Origin: Pocillopora damicornis
Lineage: Eukaryota
DNA length: 64,000 bases
Direction of reading: 5' to 3'
Assembly: GCF_003704095.1 (NCBI RefSeq)
Contig: NW_020843495.1
Span: forward strand, 124,001-188,000
Shown here piece by piece: positions 17,170-36,400 of the stretch. Below the pieces are notes generated by a model. That model worked only from the letters and a program-made list of their open reading frames with translations. It was not told the origin of the DNA and made no database searches. The position numbers and the translations under genes were made by a program. How positions within the stretch are numbered: the first letter of the stretch is position 1; each line of letters opens with the position of its first letter.

Positions 17170-19454
17170 TCATCCTCTGGTGTAATTATGCTGTGCTTGT
17201 CTGTGTTTCTTCTTTTTGTTCCATATTCGATCCACTCTAAAGCGACTGTATTCACTAATCTTTTCACCACACTTTGGACAAGTGTGAACTACATTCTTGA
17301 GCCCGTCCATTATAAACGGTATCCACATACAACAGTAACACCTGAAACGTAATACCACCAGCTTAGAAATTCGAAATCACGCTGGGAAACAGGAAAGTAA
17401 CCATTACAAAATATTTGCGCATAAAAAAGCCTATTAACTGTGCCTTTTAAACTTGCCGTCAAATTACGAAGATTAACGAGAGTAAAAATTGTGATGGAAA
17501 ATTATAGGAATAGAAAGGATAAGAGAAATTTAAAAAAATAATAAAGTGACTGTGTATTTCTCGGCTAAGATCTCCGGCGGTGATTTTTATTGCTCAGCAT
17601 GATAAGCTTCTTGTAGAACTAATACAACATTGATTTAGTTTTTCACTACTTTATTAAGGTCTATTGCTCGATGTGGCAAAAACATATGAGATCAACTAAA
17701 CAGAAGCTGTTTTGCGAAATGCAGTCTAGGAGTAGGGTTTTTCATTAGTAAAATGACGTTTTGAAATTAACAGGGATAGGTTGAAAAATATATCTCATCA
17801 CTGTGAAAGTGATACCATACCATGGTAATAAACAAAGCAAGCGTTATTTGTCAGAAAAAGTCACGTGAATCTCCCAAGTTGACGACTTGAAATCAAATGC
17901 ATCAGACACAAGGTTAAGGTTTTTTGTGGCCTGGAGTCAACCTTTTAAACAGGAATGAAAATAATTTAAAAATTAACAAAAAAAAAAGAATGAATAATAA
18001 AAATGAATGACACCCGAGAGATAACACAAGATAAAATTCTTTCAATAATAACCTTTTACACCGGTTGAAAAGGTTATTGCTTTTTTATATTTCCTTAAAA
18101 TTCAATGTTGTTACTTCTAAAACACGTTTCTCGGGAGTCCATTCCTTAACAAGTGACTCTTTTAGTATTCAAAGATTTCTTTGTCCCTTTTATCAAATCC
18201 AATTTGAATAAGCTACATTTATTTCAACACGTTGTTGATACTCTAGCAATAATTAAAGGTAGTGCAACACGAATCAACTTTTCAAGTTCGAAACTGTTGA
18301 AAAAAAAACCCTGTGCGACATGAAAAATGTATACTGGGCAGACAAATAATTAAGAACAGCGTCGCTTGTAAATTTTCCCCGTCATCCTCACGTCTCAGCT
18401 AGTCGGAAAATGAATACAGAAAAAAAAATTGAGCAGGTGGAGAAGCTGATGAAGTGAAGCTGATTAGTAACAAAGGTTTGTTCTGTATCATGTCAGCATG
18501 AGGTGTCCTCTCCTTTATGGTGCGATTGTTATATGAAAAGAATGTTTTGACAACTATCTACATAACTGAAACATTTCACGCCAAGTTCTCGGTCAAATGA
18601 TTGGTTCTCGAGAGGGAAGATTCGTATTAGAACGCGTGGCGTTAGGGCACTAATTGATAAAAGGTGATGTGTTTATATCGAGTTTTACGACACAGGCTCC
18701 TCAGTAAAGCTGATTACTGTTGCTAAATCCAAGTCGCGCGAAGAGCTACTCATCTGCATTCGATAAATTAAATCAGTACTGTTTATTCTATATACGGCAG
18801 ACAGTTTGCAAAACAACCCTGTTTGATTCGATTTAAAATAGGTGAAGTCTGAAATTAAATGTACTGTATATGATCTCAGATGAAAACAAAGACCCAAACT
18901 TATTTAATTTTACTGACTTTTGATCCGAGATTGTTCCTAAATAAATTTCACTTCAAATCGTTATAACTGACTAAAATTCCATTGACAAACTTTGATTCTG
19001 ATTGGTATGAATAATTCGGCTTTATTTTCAATGAAAAAATCCGTCTGCCTCCGTGAAACACAAACGAAAAATTTGATTCGATACTCTTGTTTTGAATACA
19101 TGTAAGTCTCGGAACAATCATATTCATGGCGATATTTCCAACCACAGAGAATGAATTTTCTCCAAGAGTCACTCATACAACAGAAACAAAATATATTTGG
19201 AGCGAAATGCTCATTCATACTTACTGAAATATGCATAGACAGGCCGAGGTCCAATAGGTATATTTTCCAGATTTGAAACTGGTACGAGTGACAATTTTTT
19301 CATGGCAATATGGGCATGTAATGTACACTGGAACATCTTCGAAAGCGGTTTCGGCATCAGAGGATTCCGCGCCATCTGCACCTGCTTGTTTTGTACACTC
19401 TTCGTCTTCACCCACTTTCTGTGAAACCAGGTGTATCCTTTCTTCGCTGGTCAT
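17170..19454 (-). CDS. LITAF-domain zinc-binding membrane protein, ~133 aa
   Basis: Exons 19454-19225 and 17341-17170 (phase 2, GT-AG). Sequence VPVYITCPYC...hydrophobic WTSACLCIFQCYCCMWIPFIMD...VVHTCPKC gives the CxxC / hydrophobic / HxCxxC LITAF signature. Confidence 0.93.
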
Positions 19455-21665
19455 GTTTTAAAATTAAACCCGAGAAATATTATAACTTCTTTGAAGAAAA
19501 CGCCGGCTAAGGTCTCTTTGGAAAATTTTTTTAGGAATCCCAAGTGTTCGGTTCCTAAATATATTTTGAAATTGTTACTTTAAACAACACGACATCAAAA
19601 TAGCTTATCGCATACCTCATTCGTTAGACGCTGTCTACTTGTGATTTCCTATTGGCCGAACGCGACATCCGCAGCCCTTTGTTGCTCGATTACAGAGCAA
19701 ATCTTTTCGTCACAATTCGCCCAATCAAGTTGATTCTCTTTCAATCTAAGGAATCTCACTCGACGATAATAAATGTTATTTCGAAATTACTGAAATGATA
19801 ATTTTCAAGACACTACATAGTTCCATTCACAAAAATTACAAGCTTCTTAGAGATTTAGCAATATAAAAACACTGTCAACATACGGTGTACTTTGGTGAAA
19901 AACCATAAATTTCGGTCAAGATGTACATAAGTATCAGTGAGGCTTGATACTGACTATCATTAAACGTTTGAACTGTAAACTTCCATAGCCAAATTAGATT
20001 GAAAGTTGTCTCTGCTTCAGTTCCAAACCAGATGATATTAGACCAGATATCAAGACACCTTACATGTGTTTCTATTCAACAGCTAACAGTTGTCTTTTGC
20101 GCTTAATTCAAAAACGCTTCTAATATAATACACGTACAATTACTGTTTAAAACATGTTTGCATATAAAGAGTACACGAAAGAAATTGCATTTTTCTTCGT
20201 TGTGAAATTCAATTTTGTCAGAACAATCAAACTTCTTTCGGAGAGCGAAAATAGAACTGGATTTTTATTTCGATTTTGATTTGTGGCCGGGAATGAATAA
20301 AACATGTAATCTGAAACACGGTTTATTTGAGCTAGATCCTAACTGAGAATCTAATCTACGAAACGCCCGCCCAGAGGAAAACGTTTTTTGATTGAGTTGC
20401 AGATTAGAAACTTGAAGATCAATCGAGCTGCAAGCTGAATGGGCGGCTTAGTGTTCTACCACTGTCGAAGTGGCTCTTGCGGTCGGAGAAAATCTGTAGC
20501 TACACTAAATTGTTTCAACCATATCACATACGTACGCATTCAAACAGGCAGTGTTTCTTATTGTCTGCGGCACTAGCTGCCGTACACTTTCCTTCCTTTG
20601 AGAGGTGTTCATAAGGGCAATTTCAAAGTAATAAAAGCGAGCTATTGAGCAAGACAGAAAAAAATCACATGGTGAAGTCTGGGAAATCAACCTTCCACCA
20701 TATAACGAAACTTTCGGTAAACACAAATGACTTAGAAGACGGGTGTGATTGCCGGGTGAAGCATCAGTGGAAATAAAACCAAGTTGCCATTATCGAGGAG
20801 TGGTTTTCACTTAACAGACTCTGAGCACTCGTGATAATTACAAGCTAATAGCTTAGAATACTACATTCTTGAAGACAGACCGCACGCTATAACTGATAAG
20901 ACAATTTTTCCCAGCTATGAGTTCATGCTTTTGTCCTCAAGAAGGTTCCTATCAGTCTAGTCATTGTTAACAGAACATCAGAGTTAACCGAGTATTTTAA
21001 TATGCGTAAACGGGGCGTTAAGCACGTGGATACTAAAATAGTAGCGAAACACGGCAAAAAGATGAACTTACGAACATTTGCTGCTCTCGATACTTGTGTC
21101 ACCAAGCGCTATGAGAACCCTGACAGGGTCATTAACATACAGTTCTACACAATGAACCTTTCAGTCGACTCCATGGAGCAGAACTACATATAAATAAATT
21201 CTTTCGGCTGTAATCGAGTAGCCGTTCATAAAACAAGCATTAATAATAGCTTATATACCGCTCTGGGGTTCGCCGGAGACTGTCTCTAAGATTCTCATGT
21301 TGAGAAAGTCTTAATATACTTGAATCAGATCGTTCATACAGCGTAGATAGTGAAGAAAAAAACCCTTCTTGACTTTTCTCGGCAGCCATCTGCAAATCAA
21401 GTAAGTAAATAAACCTCCACCTCACCCCATTTATAGTGATTGAACTGATTCAGCGTTTCGCTATCTAATAATAAAATAATGAAATAGTAACATCACGACT
21501 AAGGAAATCACCAAAAAAATCGTGTTTCTTTGAAGTTAATCATTTTATTTTTTAACATGTTTTAACAAAGTCACACGCTCACAGGGAGACACGCATTCAT
21601 AATCTGCCTTTTTCAATGGTGACATCAATTTATCAGCCACAATCATGGAGTCCACGACTTTTGCA

Positions 21666-21852
21666 TTAACTCTTTAACTCCCAAAAGTGATCAACAAGTA
21701 ACGTCTCCCTACATTATTCAAGCATTACCCAACAATAGGTAATGAGAATACTAAATCTAATCAGGTAGTAGTTCTAATAACTAATTTACAAGGAAATGTG
21801 TAGCAGCTACGGGAGAGAGTTAACATTCAGATCTTAGGAGTTAAAGGATTAA
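21666..21852. mobile_element. TTAA-flanked MITE (piggyBac-like)
   Basis: TIRs ttaactctttaactcc ... ggagttaaaggattaa. Homologous to the 7124 and 27228 copies. Confidence 0.8.
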
Positions 21853-22354
21853 TCTTCTCAAAACTACAACATAACTGCAGGTTTCTGGGGAAGCGTACAA
21901 AGTAATTCAAGGAGCTAAGTCAAGTCTTACGTATCTTTAAAAAATCATTAGTTCCAATCCGTGCTTATCTTTTCAAACCTCCCTCGCTCTTGTTCCTTTT
22001 TGGTATACTTTCCACTCGGCGATGTTCATTTTTCTTTGCGATTCTTAATTTTAGGGTTTTAGTCAATTTAAGCGGAGTTTTCTCTTCCGGAAATAACCTG
22101 GACTCTGATGACGTCACACCTTTAAGTCGTACGCAGAATCTGGGGATAACTAATTTCATCCATAGCTGTATCTTACGTTACATAACATGGTGACACGTCT
22201 CAAGGGGATTGACAAACATATGGCGCCTCCAAATCTACTGACGGTGTAAAAGCAGCGGGACTCAAAACACGGCCGACTACTTACTACACCATGTGACTCA
22301 ACTGACAACAATTAAACTTAAAACATAATATTTGAAGACTTGTAACGCAATCCC

Positions 22355-28829
<6,475 letters not shown>

Positions 28830-28894
28830 GTTGAAATGATATCAATCTTCAGTTCCCAGGGATTCTCGACCAAAGTAACGACAGACTGTACCAC

Positions 28895-29125
28895 ACGACT
28901 GTGAATAAATGAAAGTCATATGTAAGAACAGCGCATAAAAGCGTGATTGATAAAGCAATCTTCGCATTAATGAACACTACTTGAGCATTAGTGAAAATGA
29001 GGCCTGAATTTTTTTCAGGCCTTATCTTCACTACTGCTCAGCTAGTGTTCATTACTGCGAAGATCGCTTTCATATTCACGTCTTTATCCGCAGTTCAAAT
29101 GTGACTTTCATTAATTCACAGTCGT
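28895..29125. repeat. ~230-bp imperfect inverted repeat (hairpin)
   Basis: Arms acgactgtgaat..gaaagtca...cttcgcattaatgaacacta...gtgaaaatgaggcctgaa and ttcaggccttatcttcac...tagtgttcattactgcgaag...tgactttc..attcacagtcgt surround a T-rich loop. Confidence 0.9.
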
Positions 29126-29164
29126 TCATTCACCTCTTCACGGGTTTATTTGGAACTCAAATTT

Positions 29165-29237
29165 GGCTTGTTAGCTCAGTTGGTAGAGCGCCGCACCGGT
29201 ATCGCAGAGGACATGGGTTCAAATCCCGTACAGGCCT
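29165..29237 (+). pseudogene. tRNA-like (pseudo-tRNA, GGT anticodon) head of a SINE-like repeat
   Basis: Acceptor stem GGCTTGT/ACAGGCC, D arm GCTC-AGTTGGTA-GAGC and T loop GGTTCAAATCC are intact. The anticodon stem is mismatched, and its 3' end aggcctgaa recurs at the centre of the adjacent hairpin. Confidence 0.7.
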
Positions 29238-29460
29238 GAATCTTTTATGAATGAATGAATGCATTACATTAAGTTTCTTAATTCGTATGGTAGCCAAAAG
29301 GGAAACTGTTTGTTAATTTCTCTCTTTTTTTTTTTAACGTCCTTTCTCGATCGCGATAAACATTTAGGAGATACAAACGAAAAGTAATTACAATGAACTC
29401 TTTTTTTCAGCGGACACCCTTTGGACTAGGTACTTTACGGTTAATACAGGGTCAGAAGAT

Positions 29461-29822
29461 ATCCGCTCTTCAAAACAACCAATCAGATTTCAAGGCTTGT
29501 TTAAAGTAACCAATTAAATTGCAGGAAAATGAAAGACAAAGAGTAACATGTGGCAACTTTTGTTTCCAAAAGTCTTACTTTCCCCCCCCCCCCCAAAAAA
29601 TGGATGAATTTAATTTCAGACCAGCTCAGTATTGCATCAATTAAATACTTAAACTGACCAAGTCCTGTATTTGGGCGATTTCAACCTCGCGTCGTGCAAT
29701 TTTGGTCTGAAATCATTCTTGTGATTTCACATCGAACTCGCACTGCGTGCCCGTTCGATTTTGAAATCACACGTATGATTTCAGCCCAAATTGCACTTTA
29801 CTCAGTTCAATTACCATTATTA
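29461..29822. repeat. Dispersed repeat related to the nested insert at 27351 (opposite orientation)
   Basis: Ends ccaaattgcactttactcagttcaattaccatta, the reverse complement of the terminus at 27351. Confidence 0.7.
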
Positions 29823-30429
29823 ATCAACGGCTGATCAACCATCTGTTATAAACCAAGTAAAATCATCTTACTTGATTATTGTACTTTTAGGTCATTCAGC
29901 AGTCATATTATAATTTCACAAATGTTGATAAAAATTTTGTCTTGTTGTAAAGGTAACCAATACACTACAGGTGTAGTATCTCATGCTTGATAAAATAATT
30001 ACTGATAAATAATTTCCATCGGCTACTTCAACAGCGAGTCTATATCATGCGGCCAGAGTTACCATCAGTACACGAAATACAGCTGTAGTTCCTACTTTTC
30101 GGAACAGTTTGAAATCAGGAAAGAAAGCATGCTGATGTTTATACATTTGCACCAAGAGCATGGCTTTTCAAAGAAAATGTGCTAATCCATTCAAAAGTAT
30201 TCGATTGCACGAGAAACCATGAACAGAATAACAGGTTTTTTAAATTAATATTTCTCTCAGCTTGAAACATATTTCAAGCCAAACCTTTTTACTTTAGGAT
30301 GTATTCTTAAGTATTACATCCGACTCTTACAAAGCGTCTAGATTCTGTGTGGATGGTTGAAATGAAAACAAATACACTTAATGACACCTCCACGCTTCTT
30401 CAACATATTCTAACATGGCTCATGGAGAG

Positions 30430-33400
30430 TCACTTCGCCTTGTTTCCCTTTCCTTTTCCTTTCGTTTCGGACCGCTTCTGCGCCTTTCGTGACGTTGTTT
30501 TTCCCTGCTGACTGTATTTTTGGTCATCGTTTCTAAATTTAAAAAAAAGTGGAAAAAAAGACCATGAAGTACACCCCAAGCACGCCGCCTCTTCTGCTCG
30601 ACACCCAAGACATCCTCAAGAACATGCGCAAACACCTTACCTACTCATAGTGAGCTTGTCACGACATCCTTTTCCCCCTTCCCAGTGGGTAGAACGTGGC
30701 TTGGTCACGGACGATTTACAGCCATTACAAGGACGCTGGGAGTATGGCTGAAAGAATCAAGCAAAACCCGCTTAAATCGTTTACACAAAAGAATACATGT
30801 TGCCGTGTTTCTTGGAGTCTTTGTTTAAAAGCAGGAATCCTCCCACATTAGCAGCTGATATTCTAATTCTTTTTAAGTTGGTTTTATTATCATTAATTGC
30901 AATGCTAACCCCAATCATTATTATCAAAAATTGTGAATTTCAAAATTTGAGGTGTCGAGGGATAATCCCTTTGTCAGTCGAACCTCCAGTGATTGAACCG
31001 GATCACGAAAATATCAAGCCTGTGCCAGCTAGTGACGGGCTCGTGCAAGCTGTCTTCAGGGTTGTTTTAATCTAGGCTATTGGAATACATTGCTTGGTCT
31101 TCTAAAGCTATGATCACCTCAATTATTTGAGGGCTTAAAAAAAAAAAAAAGGGATGCACCCCTTTTCCTTTGATGGTGGATATTACGCCAATTCCATCCC
31201 CAACGAAGAAAAACAAGGACAGCTGTAACATCGGGAGAATGAACAAAGCAAGTGAACAGGGTAAACTTCATGGATCAGATCTAACTCCACTTTAAACAGG
31301 TTAAGAATCCATTCCACAGACACTTCCTGTACAAACTCACTTGTTCTTTGGAACAAAAGCCACAAACCATCCGCGTGGCATATTTCATTTCGTGACTTTC
31401 TTGTTCTTCATGACATAAGTCACATGGATAACATTTTCCACAACAAGGAAACCTTGAAAAGAGTATAAAATGCTCGTTAAAGCGACATACAGGAGTGAAC
31501 GAATGATCTGGTAAGAGGCTCCTGCACTTAGTAAATACAAAATTCTATCAGTGTTAGGGAGGTCATCAATTTAAATTTTTAAAAGAGATTTAATTTTATC
31601 TAGTGTCTAACGCCAATGACAACTGAACATGTTCTAAAACTACAATCAAGATCTTCAGCAGCAGCAGTGCAACACCTTACCAAGAAATAAGTTTTTCTCT
31701 TTTATGAGTTCGACACAGTTTTAATGCATTACCCAAATCAACCAATTTACTCCAATCTACAATGGGAACATTTTGAAAAAGGCAAGTACTCAGGGTTAGT
31801 GTACTAAAGTGTAGTTATCTTTAACACCCTAAGTTATCAACATCATAAGTTTACCTGAGCCACCTGTAACTTTTCTTGTAGTGTTTACACGTTCCATTAC
31901 CAGGTAATGGCTGACCCTCCTTGATTCCTGAGTTCTGAGCTAGCCTTTTAGGCTTGGAGGAAGTATTTGAATCTTTACCTTTTTTAAGGGAGGCTAAAGA
32001 AAGGTATTATGAAATTTACATTAGTATCAGATGATTCTTCACTATCTTAACACTGTCAAAAGATAGTAAAAAAACAAGAAGCAAGCAATTGGTATAATGA
32101 TGATGTTCAGTCAACTGAATTCACCAAGTAAATAGGTCTAAATACCCCTGAGGCCAATTTTTGACTAAAATACTGAAAACACTCTAATGAGCCTCTGAGG
32201 GCTAATTTATTTCCATGGTTTTCAGATGGGGGGAGGGGGGAAGCTTGATTGGTAGACAGGCCTATTAGAAAGGGGGGATTGTTTAAGAGGAGGGCTTACT
32301 GGAGAGAAAGGTTTATTGGATCAGCCCTACTGTTCAATTTGTATATGTATAAATTCCTGAATAATCAGTATGCATGCAGAGTACTGAGTACAATGCTATC
32401 AAAAGTATCTGTTTTAAAACCTGCTTGGGTTGCATCATTCTGTAATTCTTGAAAGCGAGTTGACTGCATGCGGAATCCAAGCTTTGAATGGCAATGCCTA
32501 CACCAGCTCCAGTTGGCTCCATACTGCAGTCCCTACATAATCACATGATAAGTTTGAAGTTGCTGTCAGTACCTTTCCTATTTGTGAGACATTCTTATTC
32601 AACAAGATTTTCCTTGCTGTTCAGCCAGGATTGGCATACACTCTTTTTGTAAGTTTTACAAATCACTATTAAATAGCAACATTTCAGGCCATCAGTGATC
32701 TTTGTTCACTCCAATTTCTTTACATAATTACAGCTTTATTGTGAGGATCTTGCATTTAGTTGGGTGACCTTTGTGAATGATTCATTTCCTCATGAGAAAG
32801 TTATTCCTGTACATACTTAATGTAATCATTGATGTGGGTCAGTGATGATTAAGGGAACTAGAATACTTATAACAGCAAAGATCATTATTACTACTGACAG
32901 TAACTATTAATAAAAGTAATTTAAGATCTCAAATGTTTTAGTAAGTACATATCAAGACACCATTTGATGGCTATTTCAAGTATCACTGAACTAACCTTCA
33001 CTGTTGTTTCTTTAGAACAGTTTAAACAACCTATCTTCAATTCACTCTCTGGTAGAACCACATCAAATGGAACACAGCTGAATGTGATAAACAAGACATG
33101 TATAACATTGACAAAATTTAAGATCTCAAAACAACAGAAGGCAGAAAATAAATGAGAGCAAAAAAGGGTCCAGTTTTGTTTCAAGGTATTTCTTGAGACT
33201 TCTGTCCAAGGCATAAAAGGCAATATTTATAAGCAAGCAAGTGAACTAGCACTTGGTAAAATTAAAAAAAGTTTGGCTTCTAAAAAATGAATGGTTCATG
33301 AATGAAATGAGAAAAAGTGCATGTGGCATTAAACCTGTATGTGCCAACTTGAAGTTCATGACTATTATTTCAGCCATCACTGTTTAAGATGGTGACCCAC

Positions 33401-36400
33401 AGGAAAGTATAGAGATTTTCATTCCAATGCATTTAAGTTTTTGTTTTGCTTTGGGGAAGCAGTATACTATTTGAATGTGAAATTAGAAATAATTTTATTA
33501 CACAGTTCAATTTCATTGATCTCTTAACTCACCCATCCAAGTCTAAATATCCTAAAATCAAAGAAAACTGATGAATAACAGCTGGTCTGTAGGTGACAGC
33601 AAAGACTGAAGCACATCTGATACATCTGATACATCTGATACAAACAGATCTGTAATAGGAAGGAAGTAAATTGAAATCCTAACCACAAGGGGTACTAAGC
33701 AAGATTGTGACATTTTAGTTTAGTTTAGGTATAAGAGCTAAGAACTTTGACACCATCCTCTATGCACTGCGCACATTATGCCACCCAGTCCAGTGAAAAA
33801 AACAAACAAACAAACAAAAATAGAAATTAATAAGAAGAAAATTTAGTGTGCGTAATTCATCAAATACTCCTTTCAGTCTGTTCACAAGCAGGTAATGTGA
33901 CTAATACATACCCTGATCCAAGTAACTGTTGGTCAATCCTCTGCCTACACCTGTTGCATTCTAAAGTGAAAACTATCCTATTTCCAATCAGGGTGCTCAC
34001 ATTCTCTTCTAGATCAAGTCCTCTAAACTGAATTTCTGTTCCTCTCCTGACAGCAGAGGCCTTTTCATTGGTAATTCTTGTCTCTTTGTCTTGATCAGTT
34101 CCATTGTTTGTCATTTGTCCATGGTTAATATCTTCCATGCTTGAAGTTAGACATTTATTGTCCATGTCAACAGTTTTCTTCAAGCTTTTGCTTTCCAGCA
34201 TTATTCCAAATCCAATGTTAGCGTCACAAGTTCTATTAGTACAATTTTCTTCTTCATGTCCAATGGACTTTTTAGCTTCAATTTGGTGACACAATAAGGC
34301 CTGCTTTATATCACCATGCTCTGTATCAGTTTTCTTCATATTTTCAGAGGGTTCTTGACTTTTAGTTCTGTTCAAGTGATCTCTATCTCCATTAATTGAC
34401 TGATTGCCATAGCTTTCTTCAGGCACAGGAACACTTTCCAATGTCATCCCTGAGTCTGGTGTTGATGCAGTTGCTGATAGACTGTCTTGCGAAGGATTGT
34501 CAGCTACTTCACACTCAGTTGTGCTGCTTGAAGAAAAGCTTCCTTTCACCTGTGGAGAATTTAAAACAGCATCACATAGGTTAGAATCAGTGTAAATGAA
34601 TGAACACCTACTGGTTTTGGTATTCATAGTTGACCATGACTATTAATGAATCTCTGATCAAGAAAAGTGCTTAATTTAGTAATTTGGTATGATCTTCATT
34701 TGCTCTTGTTCTGCTTTCTGGATTGAGGAAGGTACCTTTTAACTTTTAAAGATTCATAAACAGCAACTCAATAAGGGTTCCCCAAGACATTTTGATGTTG
34801 TATGTGAATAACAACATTTAAAAAGTTTATGGTGCACTTTGGACAATATATAGTTAAAACTAAATGTACACTAAAATTGCCTGATGTATACAGTTCACTT
34901 TTTTCATTACTTCATTACATGTTAAAAGCTGAAATTCAAGCCAATCTTGCTCAGCAGCCGGCCAAAATGAAACGGATCCTGTCCATGACATAGAATTCCA
35001 GCTTTAATATATGATTACTTCTCAGACAATCATAATTTGCTCTAGTGTTTTGCTTGAGTAGCTATTTTTATCAAAAGTCACTGCAAGCAGAGGCAAAGTT
35101 ACATATGGGTCAATTTGAAGTGTTGCTCTCACCATGCCATATGTCTGCAAAATATTGCCTGGTTCACTCTTGTGAGAATGCTCTTGGATGTCTGAGGCAT
35201 TTAAAGCTCATTGCCATTATGCTGGAGAAAAGTAAGCTTCCTTTTTCTTTTTTCCAAGAAGACTTTTTTAATGTCTATTTACAACTGTTTCCAGAGGGGT
35301 TGTTGGAAAAAAGGACAAAAGTGCACATGGCAATCTTGAAAGGTCATCTGGGTATCTGGCATTTAATGAATTTTAATAAATCAAATTACGGTAATAAATA
35401 AATTCATCAAACCTGTAATACCTTGTCCTTACAGTGACCTTTTCTCAGATTTCCCAAAAAATTCTGCAGTTATGAAGCTGTGACCTAAAAACTATCCACA
35501 ATACCTTTCAGGATTGTTCAGTGCACTTTTACGCTTTTAACAGCTGAATAAGGTAAATGCATTAATTAAATTTCTAGAAGCTGTTACAAATAAACAATAA
35601 ATTAAACAATCTGCCAGCTTCTTTCTTTCCAGAAAATTAATGTGAAGGACATGCAAACTAGATTTTAATTATCTCACTATAACTGAGGTATACCTGTCTT
35701 CCTGCATCCACAATGAAAGATTCCAGGTTCCTGTCAAACCAGCGCAGAAATGGTCTAAAGTATAGCTTTAAAAGTCCTTGATCAATACTTGCTTGCTCTT
35801 GCTTCACAGCCCATTGCTGAATTTTTAGAGTTACAAACCTTGCAAAAACAGGCACCTTAAGTTAGAAGTGCCTTGTGCACAAAACATACTGTTAAGCACA
35901 ATGTTCCAAAAGTAAGTTATCGCTAGTAAAAAGTGGAGAGCAATACTGCACTACTGACCCCTATGAGTGACTAACATCTAACTTCCCCTTACATTAACAC
36001 CTCTGAATCAAACATTTAAGTCACAAGAATAGAGGAAATGACTATCAACTAAAAAAGTTATTGATTGTTGAACAAATTCTACTTGTCAGCTCTTAGGAAA
36101 TGTATTGAGAATAGTATGGAGAATATGCATACTGATATTAAGGTGTAAAGGATTAATAGTGTTAACTTCATTTATGTCCATCCACAAAATCACTTGAAAA
36201 GTTTCTTTTGCAAGACTCTTACAAAACTCTTCCTTATCAAAGAAGTGATGCCACAAATGTTAATAAAATAATGAAAAACCACAAGGCACAGCCTAATAAC
36301 ATCACCCCATTCGAATTAAGATCATTAATTAGTATAAGAGGTGACATATTGCTTTCTCAGTGAAAAAAAAAAAGGACAATTTGAATATTGACAATATTTA

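Noticed and set aside
29165-29237. Functional tRNA-Thr(GGT) gene
   Set aside because: The anticodon stem is mismatched, the anticodon is atypical for eukaryotes, and it is part of a repeat structure.
35422-35463. Possible extra 42-nt exon (NFLGNLRKGHCKDK) in the CCCH-CHY gene
   Set aside because: It is phase-compatible but has a weak acceptor and no homology evidence; RNA-seq is needed.
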